From Octopus sinensis (taxonomy: Eukaryota): DNA of 56,961 nucleotides. The position numbers and the translations under genes are program-made. Numbering within the stretch: position 1 is the stretch's first letter; every line of letters starts with the position of its first letter. Location of the stretch: the NCBI RefSeq assembly GCF_006345805.1, contig NW_021833681.1, positions 1-56,961 of the forward strand. The letters run 5' to 3'. The notes under the pieces were generated by a model that was given only the letters and a program-made list of their open reading frames with translations, was not told where the DNA came from and did not search any database. Shown here piece after piece: positions 12,605 to 24,854 of this stretch.

Positions 12605-13835
12605 TTTTCATCTTTATCTGGTTTCAGCTCACAAGCTGTGGCCATGCTGGGGCACCGCCATTTGGTGTTGCTACATGATTTTACTTCACGAATGCTTTTT
12701 AGCAATTGCCATTTGGTGCTTGAGAGAGTTCGATGCAGCTACCCTCATCTGCACCTCCTGACGTGAAGTTGGTTCATCAGGGACACCTGACAAGAAGAGA
12801 TCCAGTTTTATTTTAAAGACATCTGCATCCTTCTAGGATCTTCCAGATGTATATTATGGCATATCTTTCTCGCCTACGCTCTAAGGAATAGAGTCTGAAT
12901 CTCTCGAGTCTTTCCCAAAAGCTTATATGCTGCACAGAGGCTATCTTCTCCGTGTAGCTTCGTTGGATCGCCTCAAGTTTTGTGATTAACTTGACACTGG
13001 ATGGTGACCATAGCTGAGAGCAATAGTCAAAGTGGCTTAGGACAAGTGTCCTCCAGAGGACCATCATAGTTTCCTGGTCTCTTGTTCTAAAGGTTCTAAG
13101 AATCCATCCGGTCAGCCGCCTACATTTCATTGCCAATTTAGCAACATGCACATGAAAGGTTACATCATCACTTATGTTAATACCCAGGTCTCGCATTGAT
13201 TGTGCCTCTGGGATTGCAATCCCTCCAGGTCCAGTGTATTTATTGGGTATTGCATTTAGTTTTGCATGCTGATAGCATAAAGCTTGAAACTTTTGAACTG
13301 CATGCTATTCTTTTCAGCCCACTTGTATATTTTGTACAGCTCACATTGCAGGTGCTTAGTGTCTTCAGGGTTCTGTATTGCCTGTGAAACTTTTGTATCA
13401 TCTGCATAACTTGTGATCGTGGCTCTCTGCGTGGCTGAGGGCATGTCTAAGAGGGCCATTATGAACAGTAGTGGTCCCAAAAACAGTGCCTTGCGGAACA
13501 CCGCTCATATTGCGTGTGTTAATGGAAGTGGCTACTTACAACCTGACTTCTATCCTTCAGAAAGTCATGAAGCCATTCTCCCAATTTCCTACTATGCCAA
13601 GATCACGCAATTTGTGACATATCACTCCACGATCGACCTTATCAAAGGCCTCCGCAAAGTCGAGATATATGACTTCCACACCCGAGTGGTTGAGCAGTCG
13701 TCCTAGCACCCAGACACAGTGCTGCAGGAGCTGAGCCAAGCAGCCTCCTCCTGGTTGGAAACCATGCTGGGCGCCAGGCAGCAATTCACTCTCCTCAAGG
13801 AAGGCGATTAGTTTCCATCCGACTACTCGGTCCAT
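12605..13835 (-). mobile_element. 5'-truncated CR1-group LINE, decayed RT and C-terminus
   Basis: Peptides QHGF..YLDFAEAFDKV, LGPLLF..SYADDTK and RDLGINISDD..LERRRERYAIIYIWKILEG, with frameshifts. 3' tail ggcggtgccccagcatggcc. Confidence 0.9.
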
Positions 13836-13910
13836 GTTTGTGTGTATGTTTGTCCCCCCAACATCGCTTGTGTATGTGTTTACGTCCCCGCTACTTAGTT
13901 GTGAGTTTTC

Positions 13911-13964
<54 letters not shown>

Positions 13965-14657
13965 GGGTGAAAGATTGCAAAGATAAAGCAATTGAAAACG
14001 ACTGAAACTGAAAATAGATGGGTAAAGAAAAGAATGCATGGACAATTTCATAGGGATGTTGAAGATATAACATAGAAAAAAGATTGCTGTTGATGACTAA
14101 AAGTGATTTAAAACCGGAAACGGAGGCTCTAATTTGTGCTTCCAAGAGCAAGCACTAAGGACAAACAACATACAATACAGAAAAGACAACACATCAGAAA
14201 GTGATAAGTGCAGAATCTGTAGACAACATGGTAAAACCGTATGGCTTTTTTCCAGCCAATGTACGCCACTAGCTCAGAAGGAATATAAGAGATGCAACGA
14301 CGATATAGCAAGGCTTGCCTATTGGACACTTTGCAACAAGTATGGACTTGACAGAGCAAAAAATTCGTACGACCATAAACTCGAAGGCATCATCGAAAAT
14401 GGTAATGCAAAGATCCCGTAGGATTTTATGACTCAGTGCAACCATGAGATAGAGAATAGTAAGCCAGACACAGTCTTAATTGAGAAAGAAAGCAAACTAT
14501 GCTGCTATAAGGGTGGAACACTTGCAGAAAACAGCACTGCTTGGAACCGCACGAATACTTCGGAAGGTGCTCGAAAAATAAGGGGTTATCTTAGTTCACT
14601 GACAATGAACAGCTGACAGCGTAGTACATCTCGAGCGTTAGAAACTGTGCAAATGCA
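13965..14657 (+). mobile_element. R4/Dong-like RLE non-LTR retrotransposon fragment
   Basis: Zinc knuckle CRICRQHGKTV..QC, DFMTQCNHEIENSKPDTVLIEKE and HLQKTALLGTARILRKVLEK*. Internal deletion; (TAA)n upstream. Confidence 0.85.
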
Positions 14658-14717
14658 ATGATGATGATGATGACGACGACGACGACGACGATGATGATGA
14701 TGATGATGATGATGATG

Positions 14718-14758
<41 letters not shown>

Positions 14759-14767
14759 TAATAATAA

Positions 14768-14813
<46 letters not shown>

Positions 14814-14835
14814 TAAATTATAATAATAATAATAA

Positions 14836-15197
14836 TGTGGCTATGCCAGGAGATCAACGTATTATCATGAAAGAAAGAGAAAATGTTGATAAATATGGTG
14901 ACCCGAGAATTAAGATTGATAAGATGTAGCAGATACGAGAGTCAAGCATAAAGGTTATCCCTATTGTCATCGGAGCATTGGGTTCAGAACCACCCAATCT
15001 GAAAAAAACATCTGAAAAGCTTAGAAATACCCTACAATCTAGATGTATTGCACATGTCGGCATTACTTGGAACTGCACGCATATTGCGTGAAGTACTGTC
15101 TGTCTGAGGTCCTTGTTGTAACTTGACAAACAATGCAAACTCCCTGTAGATACTTCAATCAACTACTTCACGATATTGTATACTGTGCGACTTTGAT
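14836..15197 (+). mobile_element. R4/Dong-like 3' end
   Basis: VAMPGDQRIIMKERENVDKYGD..IKVIPIVIGALG..ALLGTARILREVL; (TAA)n on both sides. Same subfamily as 24195-24720. Confidence 0.85.
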
Positions 15198-15213
15198 AAT
15201 AATAATAATAATA

Positions 15214-15261
<48 letters not shown>

Positions 15262-15344
15262 CTCAAGGTTTAAAACAAACTTTTTAAAAAAAATTTATTT
15301 ATTAGACATTCACTAGTACAACACCAAAAAATCCCCCCCCCCCA

Positions 15345-15455
15345 AAAGGCACTCTAAGCATAACAACAACGTGAACTTCCAACCTGTTGTCTCTTGAGGT
15401 CTCTGGGTGAGACTTGGAGCCAACTTGTACAAACATAAAGCAAAAGTCAAACATA

Positions 15456-15457
<2 letters not shown>
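15345..15457 (+). mobile_element. Probable R4/Dong-like 3' UTR remnant
   Basis: ..tgaggtctctgggtgagacttggagccaacttgtac..aaacataga followed directly by (ATA)n. It resembles the tgaggtccttgttgtgacttga tails of the neighbouring copies. Confidence 0.45.
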
Positions 15458-15517
<60 letters not shown>

Positions 15518-15520
15518 TTA

Positions 15521-15577
<57 letters not shown>

Positions 15578-15607
15578 TTAATAGTAATAATAATAATAAT
15601 AATGATG

Positions 15608-15679
<72 letters not shown>

Positions 15680-15690
15680 TAATAACAATA

Positions 15691-16247
15691 AATGCTCTGA
15701 TGCAGTACCAGGCAGTGGCTCTCGTGGCTTCTGATCTTAACTGATTGGAAGTGTTATCATGTACGTTGTTTTGACTTGGTATAAAAGATGGACTACAGCA
15801 AATATTATGCTCAGTAACACAGATTTACTTGTCAGTTGTTTGACCATTACCAGTTGAGCATGTACCTTAGTAGCTGACGATATGTGCATCTCTGATCACG
15901 CGTAGAAGTAGTGGGGGAGCATCATGGCCATGTGTTGCGAGGAATTCTTTAAGGTTTGAATAATTCACATCTGGAAACATGGGTGTTTCATTCAACATCC
16001 TTAAACAATCCTTATTCAGGGACCTTTTGACAGAGATGGGCTAATCGACCTGAAGAATATTCTAAATGGGCCCCACCTGCAAGTTCATGCGCTGTTTATA
16101 TTGATATGAGATCACCATGTCACGCTCATATGATTGCGATGCATGTACTTGGTGTACCCTTATCAGACGGGTAGTCATGATAGGTATACTGGTCTTCATA
16201 TATTTTACCCCAGAGTCACTTTGATGGCACGCACTGCTCCCCCACTC
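15691..16247 (+). mobile_element. ~557 bp non-coding element flanked by (TAA)n, copy 2
   Basis: Colinear with 3250-3806. Confidence 0.8.
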
Positions 16248-16254
16248 AATGATG

Positions 16255-16293
<39 letters not shown>

Positions 16294-16394
16294 GTAATAA
16301 TAATAATAATAAAAATAATAATAATAATAATGATAATAATAATATAATAATATTTGCGTATAATAAGGAGAGAGGAGAAGACATAAGTTGATGA

Positions 16395-16560
16395 TGATTT
16401 CAAATTTTTGATACAAGGGCTGTGTAGGGAAGGTGATAAAGTCGATTACATCGACCCCAGTCTGTAACTGGTAATTATTTTATCGATCACCAAACGATGG
16501 AAGGCAAAGTCGACTCTGCAGCATTGGCACTCATACGTTATCGACAGTCGTAATGCCGCT
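16395..16560 (-). mobile_element. tRNA-SINE family A, degenerate
   Basis: aagtcgattacatcgaccccag..ctggtaattattttatcga..ggcaaagtcgac. Confidence 0.7.
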
Positions 16561-16645
16561 TAAGCAATGTGCCCGGTGCGGTAACGACAGAGCAAGATCG
16601 CCACAATAGCTGCAGTAGTAGAAGTAGTAGTAGTAGTAGTAGTAG

Positions 16646-16679
<34 letters not shown>

Positions 16680-16839
16680 TGTTGTTGTCGTTTCTTACAC
16701 AGGCACAGGGCCAGAAATTCGGGGTAAGGAGAGGAGGTCATCAATTATATCGACTTTGTAGTAGACGGGTAATTTATTTTATCAATACCGGAAGTTTTAA
16801 TGGCAAACTTCACCTCGCTGAAAACAGTAATGTTAACAT

Positions 16840-17364
16840 ACTTACACATACACACACTCACCCACATACACGCGATCGCATATATATATATATATATATG
16901 TATATGTATATTTATATAAATATATGTGTATGTATTTATATACATGCATATATATTTGTTTGTGTATATATATATATATATATACATATATATATGCATA
17001 TACATATGTAAATATATATGCATATATATATGTGTATATATATTATATATTATGTATATAAATATTTATATACACCAGCATACATATATATACGTGTCTC
17101 TATAATTATGTACACGGATACACGTATGCATAATTATACACGCATACGCAAACGCATACATACACACTCACACACATATATACACACACACACTATCGCT
17201 GCTGCTGCTGCTAGTATGATATCCCCAACAATCATCACCACCATGATACGACGACGACGACGACCACCACCACCACCACCACCGCCGAAACCACCACCAT
17301 CGTAACCACTATCAACACCAGCACCACCAGCACCACCACCACCAGCACCATCACCAGCACCAGC

Positions 17365-17397
<33 letters not shown>

Positions 17398-17700
17398 TCC
17401 GTTACTACTACCACCCCAGCCCAACACCACCGACACTACCACCACGACCACCACCACGACCACCACCACGACCACCACCACTACTCCTCCTCCTCCTCCT
17501 CCTCCTCCTACTACTACTACTACTACTACTACTACTAATAATAATAATAATGATAATCGTGTTGATGGTATTAATATTAATGACGATGTTGATGATGATG
17601 TTGATAATAATAATAATAATAACTACATTACGAAAGTCTACAATAACAACAACATCAGCAATAATAGCAACGACCACATTAATGTTAGACTGTATACAAT
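16840..17700. repeat. (TA)n/(CA)n and (CCA)n/(CTA)n/(TAA)n compound tract
   Basis: Direct reading; source of the Gly-rich minus-strand ORF. Confidence 0.9.
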
Positions 17701-17793
17701 AGTCATACAATGGGGAGAGATTATGAGATTGGTGTGTAAATACAGAGTAGAATGGTACACAGTTTTAATATAAACACACACTGGTATATCTAG

Positions 17794-17841
<48 letters not shown>

Positions 17842-17898
17842 TATATGTATGTATATATGTATATCTATATACATATGTATGTAGTGTATCTATCTATA

Positions 17899-17948
<50 letters not shown>

Positions 17949-18461
17949 GTTGTACATACACACATACGTGTAAGTATGTATGCATTGTGACTGACGCAAC
18001 GAGTTATAATGAAACGGATAGCTGTATACTAACGCAAACATAGTGGCTAATAGATAAACAAATGCGAAGAGACACATGAAAAGGGGAAGATAATCACATA
18101 CACATAGACTCACACTCACTTAAACTCACACTCACACATGCGCACACGTGCGCACAGACACACGCGCGCACACGTATATGGTTAAGACGTGTTGCCTCAG
18201 GTTAGCATGTCGGCTTCTCGATCAGAAGGCTGTAAGTTCCAAATCAGGTACAAACATTGCATTGCGTTGGATTGTTGTTTAGCGCTGGATATCCATTGAC
18301 GATGCTCCAATGTACTGCTGTCGCAGTCATCTTTCCTTTTAGATGGCATATTATCGATGTTCCCATGTTCAAGTGTTGGTGGAACTTAAAAAAACTATTT
18401 TGGAAAAAGTGATACATGCTACCTGGATATATACATTTGCAAGGGCTGGTATTGCTCAGTT

Positions 18462-18528
<67 letters not shown>

Positions 18529-19078
18529 CCACTCACGCACACACAACCCTACACACACACATTTTTCATATATTGAGCTTATTTGATAGTCAGTTCATAT
18601 AGCAAGCGGAGCCTCATATCAGTAAGGTGCGCATTGATGCCGTGGAGAGCTAGGCCCCGAAACGGTGCGCATTCTCTCCTGATGACACCATACATTTGCT
18701 AGCTTCCGATACGCGGAGTTTACATGTACAAGTTGTATGCAATATGTATATATATATATATATATATTTAGCGCGAATACGTCAGTCTTGAAAATTTTAA
18801 GTCAGATATCCCGTAGGCTTCGATACAGACGCCTCGTGTATATTTGTCTCTCCCAGGTCTTTACTGATGAAGTGTAACCTATGGTAGATTGGCTTAATTT
18901 AATTTAATTAAGCTAATTTAATCATTAATGACACAGAAACGTTGCAACGTCTAAAAGATGAATTAGGGTAAATGTTTTTAAATTTTCACCTAATTTCTGA
19001 ATTAATATTACTTGGCGGTGTGAGTTATGGCTGCTCTTTCTGGTGGACGAGTGACCTGTTGGGGTCACTCCTAAATCG

Positions 19079-19114
<36 letters not shown>

Positions 19115-19129
19115 TCAAACATACAAGGG

Positions 19130-19340
19130 GTCGCTGAAAAGCTCTTGGTTTTAAGGGTGCCGCTAAAGGCCTGGCTGGAGCCCAATCCTGCTGTGTTCTT
19201 TTACAGGGCTTAGAGGTATTGAAGGACCACTGCAATAAGTGTGTGAATTTCAAAGTGGAAGATGTTGAGTAAAATCCAAATTATCTCATCCGCCTCTATT
19301 TTATTTTACTCCAAACCAGTCACTTTTTAGCACTTCTGAC
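19130..19340 (+). mobile_element. Mariner-derived MITE remnant
   Basis: TIR-like tacaaggggtcgctgaaaag, C-terminal peptide GLEVLKDHCNKCVNFKVEDVE*, and a degenerate right TIR. Confidence 0.6.
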
Positions 19341-19424
19341 ACACACACACACACACGAACACACACACACACACACACATACACGCAAACAATTTAACTT
19401 ACGTTTCGGACATTGCACTTCACA

Positions 19425-19660
19425 ATATATTTCTTTACTACCCACAAGGGGCTAAACACAGAGGGGACAAACAAGGACAGACAAAGGGATTAAGTCGATT
19501 ATATCGCCCCCAGTGCGTAACTGGTACTTAATTTATCGACCCCGAAAGGATGAAAGGCAAAGTCGACCTCGGCGGAATTTGAACTCGGAACGTAACGACA
19601 GACGAAATACGGTTACGCATTTCGCCCAGCGTGCTAACGTTTCTGCCAGCTTGTCCTTCA
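19425..19660 (-). mobile_element. tRNA-SINE family A, near full length
   Basis: Reverse complement of the family A head, core and tail. Confidence 0.85.
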
Positions 19661-20052
19661 CAATAGTGTACAGAACTGAAAGGGAAGAGTTAAGGCGGGG
19701 AAAATTCGAAAAATGTATAAAAGATGTAATCAAGGCGGATTTGCTCACGTAACGCTTGTTCACATCGTGATCACATGGCCACTGAATGTTTGCACATACA
19801 TACACACACTCACACACACATACGCACATACACACACACATATATATTCAGGATTAAATAAAGACATCAAGCGGAAAAGACAACGGACGGAAGATTGGAC
19901 ATACCTATATATATATATATATATATACAGGTATGTGAAATTTTCCGTTTGCTATCCATTACTTCATATATTTTATCATTCATCTCTCATAAAATACATT
20001 CATACATGTATACACACACATATACATATATACATACATACTTACATACTTA

Positions 20053-20355
20053 GAGAAGGCGCATGGCTCAGAGGTCAGAGCGTCGGGCGCTGAATTGTAA
20101 GGTGGTGAATTCGATTCCCGGATGAGGATGTGCTTTGCGTTCTTGAGCAAGACACTTTATTTCACGTTGTTTCATTTCACTCAGCTGTAAAAATGAGTTG
20201 TGACATCACTGGTGCCACGCTGTATCGGCCTTTGCCCTTCCCTTGGATAGAATTGGGGGTGTGGTGAGAGGAGGCTGGTATGCATAGGCTACTGCTGGTC
20301 TTCCATAAACAAACTTACCCGAAATTGTCTCGGAGGGTAACTTTGTAGGTGCAAT
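20053..20355 (+). mobile_element. tRNA-SINE family C
   Basis: gaaggcgcatggctcagaggtcagagc..gaattcgattccc head with A/B-box-like motifs, then cttgagcaagacact..ctcagctgtaaaaatgag. Confidence 0.75.
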
Positions 20356-20377
20356 CTTATAGAGATATACATTTAAA

Positions 20378-21651
20378 TCTATATACTACTAAACTCTCTG
20401 ACTGCTTGCTTGTCTGTCATTTAATACAGCCGACGCGTAATAGGAGATATTCTGAGAGTAAAGAACCCCTGAAATGTGAATACAAATGGAATGAAACAAG
20501 TTTCGCGCAAATCGGACGTGTTCCCAAAGATATGCGTTTTTCTTGGGTGAGGTATTCTTTCAAAAAATTTAAGTAGTAAAACCTGGAGTTATTGCCCTTT
20601 GCTGTGAACACCGGATAGTTTTTTGTTGGCATATCTACCGAATTGTACCCCACCAACTTTGTTGCCTAATAACTTCCAGAAAAACGGATACTGTTTAGCA
20701 AAAGTTTCAACAAACACCGCTTACATACTGTGGATATAGGGAGTTACGGAAACGAACTTTGCGAGGGGGTGGGGAGAGCAGTTTCTGAAATTTCCCACGA
20801 TACCAATTTTTTCCCTCATTACTTTCTGGAAAATGGATTACTTTTAATGAAATTTTATACAAATACCTTTCAAAGGGCATACATTACGATTATAAAGAAA
20901 TTAGTGAGGAAAAGTTTTCCGAGGGTGTGGGGAGATTGGTTTAGGAAAACGGAGTTTTGGATGAGGAAGACCGAATAAATTGGAACTACTGGGATTTTTC
21001 CCATTTTTTGTACCACCACCTTCAAAATGATGGGAATGGGGTAGGGCTGGGGGCATCTTTTTATGTAAAAACATTTTTTAAATTTTTGAAGTTCCTCGCC
21101 ATCCCACTCCAGACCGATTTTCGACAATTTTTTAACCTTCAAAACATGGGAGGATCCTTTTGGGTAATAGAAAAAGAAAATTGTAAATATCTTCAGAGGA
21201 AAAGGGTCTACGATTCAAGGGAGATTTGGCTGTTGGTTCTAGCATTTTCCTAACCGTTTTTACTCTCACATGTATTGATGTTTTCTCAATATTTTTCTCT
21301 CATTAAACACATTTTAAGGAATGATGATGCCGTAGTAACACACGAATATACCGAAAGTAACATAGCCCTGAAATGGGAAAATTGTTTCCATTAATTTTAT
21401 GTATACGTTATATAACAATTCCATTTGCATTTTTGTAGAAGTGTACACATATACCATAACTAAATACTGTTACTGGAGTTCAAATTCATCCCGGAAGTTG
21501 AATTTCCATTAGGTGCTGTAAATAATCAATAAAACCTTAAACATGAACTTGACACGATCGGATTGAAATATTTAACTGAATCATCATAAAATTAACTTCA
21601 ATGTTTTATAGCCTGAACCGTCAGTGGCCCAACGGGTCACAGGTAGTCTAG
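20378..21651 (+). mobile_element. Non-autonomous Helitron (1274 bp)
   Basis: 5' A|TCTATATACTACTAAA; 3' hairpin GTGGCCC-aac-GGGTCAC (21624-21640) followed by CTAG|T; AT target site and no TSD. Confidence 0.8.
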
Positions 21652-22296
21652 TATTTATCTAAATCTTTCTTATCTATAGATATAATCAAAATAAAATGAG
21701 ACAACTTGGAAAAACTATTAACGGAAGAACGTTCAAAGGGCAATTAGACATGAAACAGTTACACGTGCCATAGGGATCAGAATCATCGAAGTTTCGGCAC
21801 ACTTGAGCCTGGAATTCAAACCTATGGAACCACTCCTCTGAGTGTACCAGTGATGATAAAACAATATGTGGTGGATATTATGAAGTAGTAACTGGGGAAA
21901 TGGAGAACTACATTCCAGAGAAACGGAAAATTTAGGGCTGAGATTCATACAATAGTGGATATTGATTTTTTATTAACACAGAAAAATAGAGAATGCTACA
22001 GTGAGTGTTAGGTATAGAGAGATTTTGAAACGCTAAAAATTAGATGATAGAAAACGTGACGGAGAAAGAGAAGGTAACCAAATGATAGGGGGAAAGAAAA
22101 CCAGAGTAAAAAAGAGAATTTAGACGTGGGAAAGACATAACGATGTGAATCAGATGATAGGAGAATGATTTACAAACTGCAATAATGAAAGAGGTTTTAA
22201 AATGAGTGAAATGGAGAATATTCAGTGAGAAAAAAGAAGAAAAAGTAAGAGATATGATTTCGATCGGTCCAGTGTCCGTAAACCTCAAAAAGTGTA

Positions 22297-22337
<41 letters not shown>

Positions 22338-22584
22338 AAAGGAAGAGTGGGGCGATAATGTCTCTGTATAAATATATATACACACATGTATACATACACA
22401 TACATACCTTCATAAATCTATATGTATGTATGTATCTATTTACACACACACACATAATATTAAGTATGGTATAGAAAGCATAGGCTATTTAAAGAGTGCC
22501 CATAGAGAGTTAATGCGGAAAAAATTCAGAGTAGAGGAAACTGAAAACGCAAATCATAGGCATTCAAACAGATTCCCGAAAGCT

Positions 22585-22616
<32 letters not shown>

Positions 22617-22673
22617 TATAAATGTATGTATTTTGATTTTTATTATCATAATTAAATAGCAATTTAGACTCAC

Positions 22674-22835
22674 CTCTATGCAGCTTAAGGTTTCGTACGC
22701 TCCCAGAACGAGGCTAGCTCGTCAGGTACCTCACGTCATTAACAAGATATGAGTGAAATTCAAATTGGCTTCTAGATGTTAGGTCTCTCTTGGTCAGTTC
22801 AGCTCACGTGGCGTTATCATTGGTCCGGAAGCGAC
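22674..22835 (-). promoter_or_regulatory. Promoter-like motif cluster plus candidate first exon
   Basis: ETS CCGGAAG 22825-22831, CCAAT 22819-22823, E-box CACGTG 22805-22810, TGACGTGA 22731-22738, local CpG enrichment, and consensus donor AG|GTGAGT at 22674/22673. Confidence 0.4.
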
Positions 22836-23391
22836 ATCAGATATTTTCTTTGTGCTCCTGATGATTATGATGATAATGATGATGATATTCCTCATCATCA
22901 TCATCTTTATCATCATTACCACCTCCCCAACACCACCACCACCACCACCACCACCACCAACAACAACACCATCATCATCATCATCATCATCCTCATCTTC
23001 ATCATCATTACCACCACCATCATCATCGTCGTCCTCATCATCATCATCATAATCATCATCATCAGCATCATCACCATCTTTAACAACATTAGCACCACCA
23101 TCATCATCGTCATCATCATCGTCATCATCATCGTCGTCGGTGTTTGGTAGATTGGTAAAATCGTTAGCTGTCCAACAAAGTACCAACCGAGGTTTCTTAT
23201 GGTGCTTTACGATCTGAGTACAAATTTCGCCCACGTCAGCTTTCACCATTTCGGGGTCCCAGTTATCGTTTTACCCCTTTCTCCTAAAATCATTGGTCTT
23301 GTGCTAAAACTAGAACAAATTTATAATAATGATAATAATAGTAATAATAATAACAATAATAATAATAATAACAGCAGCAAAAATAGAAGAG

Positions 23392-23609
23392 TGCCATTGT
23401 TATCAAGTGAACGATATTTCGACATCTCGAGTGTCTTCCACTGGTTCAAAAACTAAACTTGTTAATCTACTTCATTTTGGTTAATATTTATGGGACTGAG
23501 GTGGAAGACACAAGAAATGTCGAAATATCGTTCATTTGATAACAATGGCATTTCCATGCTTGCTTCTATATCTTCTGGGGGAGTTACCTCAGTCCTATAA
23601 ATATTAACC
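23392..23609. repeat. Interleaved inverted repeats A-B-A'-B'
   Basis: A 23392-23441 with A' 23501-23550 (46/50 matches); B 23479-23502 with B' 23586-23609 (23/24). Confidence 0.85.
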
Positions 23610-23612
23610 AAC

Positions 23613-23666
<54 letters not shown>

Positions 23667-24050
23667 GAAATTAAATATAAAGATCTGCTAATAGAAATTG
23701 GAAAAATGTGGCCTCTCAAGGCGACTACAGTACCAGTGATTGTAGGATCTCTAGGAATGATAAAAAAAGGTACTGAAACCTATTTGAAAATGATTCCAGG
23801 CTTACCATCCCTACAGGAAGTGCAAAAAATCGTATTAACTGGAACGGCTCATGTACTGAGAAGAGCATTATCGCTGTGAAAACAAAATCCATCCATGAAT
23901 TTATTTATTTATTAATTTTTAAATACATGTTTCATCTGTGAATTTGCGTGCGTAATCTGGGAATGCATACAATGAGCTTCTCTGCCCTAGGAGTATGGAA
24001 AACACTCGGCGAGAAACGGAAGAAAATTTTAAGAAAGAAGGTAAAAACAT
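23667..24050 (+). mobile_element. R4/Dong-like 3' end, second subfamily
   Basis: KYKDLLIEIGKMWPLKATTVPVIVGSLG..QKIVLTGTAHVLRRALSL* plus 3' UTR; (TAA)n on both sides. Confidence 0.85.
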
Positions 24051-24060
24051 AATAATAATA

Positions 24061-24124
<64 letters not shown>

Positions 24125-24146
24125 TAATAACAACAACAACAACAAC

Positions 24147-24184
<38 letters not shown>

Positions 24185-24194
24185 CAACAACAAT

Positions 24195-24722
24195 GGTAGG
24201 GTGGTTTGTACCAAGATATATCAGAAAAGGTAATGGACAAAAAGTAGAAGGTAAAAATTCTCTGGGATTTTGACTTACAGACAAACAAGGTGTTAGAGCA
24301 CCGAAAGCTGGACATAGTAACCTTAAGAAGAGAAGTAGAGTTCCTGATAATCGACGTGGCAGCGCCAGGAGATCAACATATTCTTATGGAAGAAATAGAA
24401 AAGATCAATAAATATGGAGACCTGAGAATTGAGAACGTCAACATATGGCAGCTACGAGAGTCAAATATAAAGGTCATCCCCATTGTCATCGGAGCATTGG
24501 GTTCAATACTATCCAACCGGAAGATACATCTGGAAACTTTAGAAATACCCTACAATCTAGGTGTATTGCAAAAATCGGCATTACTTGGAACTGCCCGTAC
24601 ATTGTGTAACGTACTGTTTGAGGTCCTTGTTGTGACTTGACAGACAGTACAAACCCCGGTACACACAATATCTTCAATGAACAACATCACCATATTGGAT
24701 ACTGTGCGATGCTCCACATAAT
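24195..24722 (+). mobile_element. R4/Dong-like RLE domain and 3' end
   Basis: ILWDFDLQTNKVLEHRKLDIV..IIDVAAPGD..EKINKYGDL..VIPIVIGALG..LQKSALLGTAR. Confidence 0.9.
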
Positions 24723-24854
24723 AATACTTTGCCTTTCATTCTTTCGGGATTCGATTAATTTAGTACCAGTGAAACACTGGGGTTGATGTAATCGACTAGT
24801 TCCCTTCCCCCAAATTTCAGGCCTTGAGCCGTTTGTAGAAAGGATTATCATTAT

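Noticed and set aside
17134-17481. Gly-rich structural protein ORF
   Set aside because: It is derived from (CCA)n-type repeats continuous with the flanking microsatellites; no signal peptide or splice support.
18620-18700. Hammerhead-like pieces (ggccccGAAAC, CTGATGA) with a ggtgcgcatt direct repeat
   Set aside because: The core elements are in the wrong order or spacing and no consistent stems form; at most a decayed remnant.
20053-20125. tRNA genes at SINE heads
   Set aside because: The heads do not close a cloverleaf and continue into SINE bodies.
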